The notes below the pieces were generated by a model, which searched no databases, was not told where the DNA came from, and saw only the letters and a program-made list of their open reading frames with translations. Below, piece by piece: positions 61,178 to 64,000 of a stretch of 64,000 nucleotides of DNA (position 1 is its first letter; every line of letters begins with the position of its first letter). The DNA is taken from the NCBI RefSeq assembly GCF_018977255.1, contig NW_024704761.1:8060001-8124000 (forward strand). Reading direction: 5' to 3'. Origin of the DNA: Callorhinchus milii (taxonomy: Eukaryota). The translations under genes were made by a program, and so were the position numbers.

Positions 61178-61484
61178 ATTAATAATCCTTGCATTTGATA
61201 TCGCGCTTTTCAGGTTTTCTTGACGTCTCAAAGCGCTTCACAGAATAGACTGTAAAGTGAATTGACTGTATATTTGTGGGCGAAACGCAGCAGCCAATTG
61301 CGCACAGCAGTGTCCCACAAACAGTCGGGGATTGAAAATGACCAATTTATTATTGCTTTGTTTTGGAGGGATTATTACTAGGTGTGTGGAGTAAGGAAAT
61401 TTGCCCAAGGTTTCGCCCTGCCTGGCGCTTGCAAGGCGAGTGCTCTGAGCTACAGGACTCCACTGAGCTACAGGACTACAGGAC
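61178..61484 (-). mobile_element. SINE family A with rearranged and reiterated 5' end
   Basis: Tail AATAATCCTTGCATTTGATATCG; head ..CTGAGCTACAGGACTCCACTGAGCTACAGGACTACAGGAC. Confidence 0.92.
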
Positions 61485-61922
61485 ATATTGGCCATTCCAT
61501 GAGTGAATCTCACACTTCTCCAAAGCTAGACAAAGCCATTCCTCCTAGCACTGGCCACCAAAGGCTAGAATTCAGGTTGATCCCGAATCGCAAACAAAAC
61601 TACTCGATGTCTCGTTTAAAGTGGGCTTTATAATAAGAAGCATTTGCAAACGGAAGTATTTATCGCCTCCCATAAAGGACTTGAAATATTCTGTAAATTA
61701 ATCCTCCCAAAAAATTCCTAACTTCAACAGTTACACAATAGCCTTGGGTGTCGCAGCTAGGCAAGACTTGCTTTCCCCTGTTGTCACTTGATGTGGCTTT
61801 TTCCTTTGGATTACAACTGCATGTAAATGCCACAGATAACATTGGTTATTCATTTCATGGCTGTTTGGGTGGGGGGAGAGGTAGGGAGGAGGAGAGAAGT
61901 GTACAAATTGGCTCCCGCTTTC

Positions 61923-62088
61923 TACAACAAATTGCATTTATGTAGCACCCTTCACGCAGGGTAGTGTCCTGGAGCGCTTTCACTTACAAAACACACAGTT
62001 AACACACTTTATAATAAATCCTGTAAAGTACTTCAAGATGTCCTCCCAATGTGAAAGCAGCTAGACCAAATGCAATGATCATTATTAT
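61923..62088. mobile_element. L2 type-1 tail (-) back-to-back with a SINE tail (+)
   Basis: ACAACAAATTGCATTTATGTAGCACCCTTCACGCAGGGTAG; AAATCCTGTAAAGTACTTCAAGATGTCCTCCCAATGTGAAA..AAATGCAATG. Confidence 0.7.
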
Positions 62089-64000
62089 AAGTGACTGTCT
62101 GGTCAGAGCATCATGCCAAGTGCAGTATCTGAGGGAGAAGGGTGAACAGTGAGCCTTTCCTTTCCATTCTTCCTCAAGTTAAAATGCCAGCGTGAATGCA
62201 TGAACTTGACTGCAAAAGCAATTGGCGATTAGGACAGGTACTTAATGTTCAGGTGCACATCTTCTTCAGAGATACTGTGCCTCCTGTGCAGAAATGTAAT
62301 GCCTGATGCAAGTTACACAGCATTACATACACGGTTTATCGGAGGAAAAAAAAATGCATTCTGTGTTAAAAGCAGTGAAGCACAAACTCTTTGCACCACC
62401 ATCAATATCATTCTGTCAGATTGCTCTCAAATAAGCATGGTCAAAAGTTAAGAGTGAAATCCGATCCTACCCAATGTACATCGAGACATTAAATTTAGTC
62501 GGTGGCATTCGCATTTGCATCAAGCGTTTTAAAATCAGAAAAGGGACTAATTCCTTGGAAAATCATGCGTTAAAAGTGATTAGGCAGAAGCCACTTCTCC
62601 CACGGTGAAAGATGCATCATACCTGTTACTGCGCTGTCAATCAAGGGACCGTGTCCACTTTTACCTTGCACGCTTCCTCGGCTGATGAAAGATTCCCCGT
62701 TTCCCTGTAGGAAATCTGTGACTAATGAGAGTTCCAGTTCTCACTCCACTCCTCAGCGCCTGCCTGTCCCATTATTATACATCATCAACCCAAGCAACCT
62801 ACTGCCAACAGCTGCTCCCTCCAGAATCAGTGGCCAATCACCTGCCACAGCCACCTCCTTTGACATCACACGGGGAGGTGGGGGGGGGGGGGAAACGAGA
62901 ATGATGAGAGCGAGAGAGACTGTAAAAGCACAGCGCTCATTCAAAAGTGTCCAGCTCCAACACAGACACACATGTGTCTGTGGATAAATCTCTGCATTCA
63001 GCTCAATACGCTCCTCCCTGGCACTTGCTGCAGCAGAGTAGAGTCGGAGGAAAAATCTGGCAAAGTGCATTGTCAAGCAGCATCCTAACATTAATCTCTC
63101 AAATACAGTATTCTTTTCTTTCCCCCCACCCCACCCCTTCCTCCTCCGCCTCCCAAAATAAAGAGGAAGAGATGCTTTTCTCTTAAAACTGTTGTTTTGG
63201 GTATATGACGTATATGTTTATTGTGACAAGTAAAAACAAATTGTGCAAGGTGCACATCCCACCTCAAGAGAGACATAGAGATGTTATCTTGCGCCAGGTA
63301 ATGAGCCTTTCTCTCCCCCCCCCCACCTCACTCCCAAGTCTTTCGTTTTCCAGTAAAATTACAAACTCTGCCGTCCACCTGGATGGTTCAGATTGCCACA
63401 ACACCGGCAATTCCAAGCAAAACAAAAGCCCTTCACAATTGCTTTCCAACTAGTTAGGTCAGCCTGTCGCCTACTATGATGCTAAGATACGCACAGCAAG
63501 ACAAAATATCCCTGTTGTTACACACTGCCATTTCCCCCCATGCACAACAACAACAACAAATATTATTTATATAGCACCTTTCATGTCAGGAAGACGTCTC
63601 AAGGTACAGAAACATGTGATCCTCTGTGAATGAACAACATTATTGTCCCCCGACAGGTTCATGCTAGTTCAAATTATAAAAATGTACTTCTTTCTAAATA
63701 AACCTTTAAAGGCAAACTCCAGTTAGATTAGCTGTGTGTCCCTCATCTGCACTAAATTGCTAATTGAAAGCAGTTGTTTTTTTTTGACTTTCACAGTAAG
63801 AACATCTAGTCCTTAATATCAAAGTCAAACCTGCCTCCCATTCCTATGGCTTCACCTGTTCATACTTTTAGCCCCATTTAGATGGCAGCTGCTGCTTTCT
63901 TTTTGTGGATAATTAGCAGAAATTACTGAATTAATTGTGTTGTCTCGGAGCAACGATGCTCGTTCTGATTCTGTTGTGGAGTAAATTCTCTCACCTTCAG

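Overview
Eukaryotic, vertebrate-type non-coding DNA. I could not support any host protein-coding exon or any genuine tRNA/rRNA gene. The repeat inventory points to a cartilaginous fish, plausibly a chimaera such as the elephant shark (inference). It comprises a young tRNA-Ala-headed SINE with a Deu-like core and (ATT)n tail, older SacSINE1/DeuSINE-like copies, two L2-clade LINE 3' ends, many CR1 3' ends and RT fragments, LF-SINE-like relics, a Penelope-like terminus and a hAT-type MITE. Between the repeats are several repeat-free blocks rich in TAAT, TGATNNAT and TGACAG motifs. These look like conserved non-coding enhancers, suggesting a gene desert or a very large intron near a developmental gene. 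The most notable sequence-visible oddities are a perfect 29-bp-arm hairpin (41505-41573), a decayed 44-bp array with a 180-bp higher-order period (40194-40613), recurrent tail-to-tail SINE palindromes, a two-part SINE insertion under one 13-bp TSD inside an LF-SINE-like relic, a ~50-bp local copy sitting inside a SINE, and an unassigned fossil coding-like tract (43560-45890). I found no evidence for a complete new biological system. Repeat family names come from recalled consensus features, not database searches, and boundaries of old repeats are approximate.
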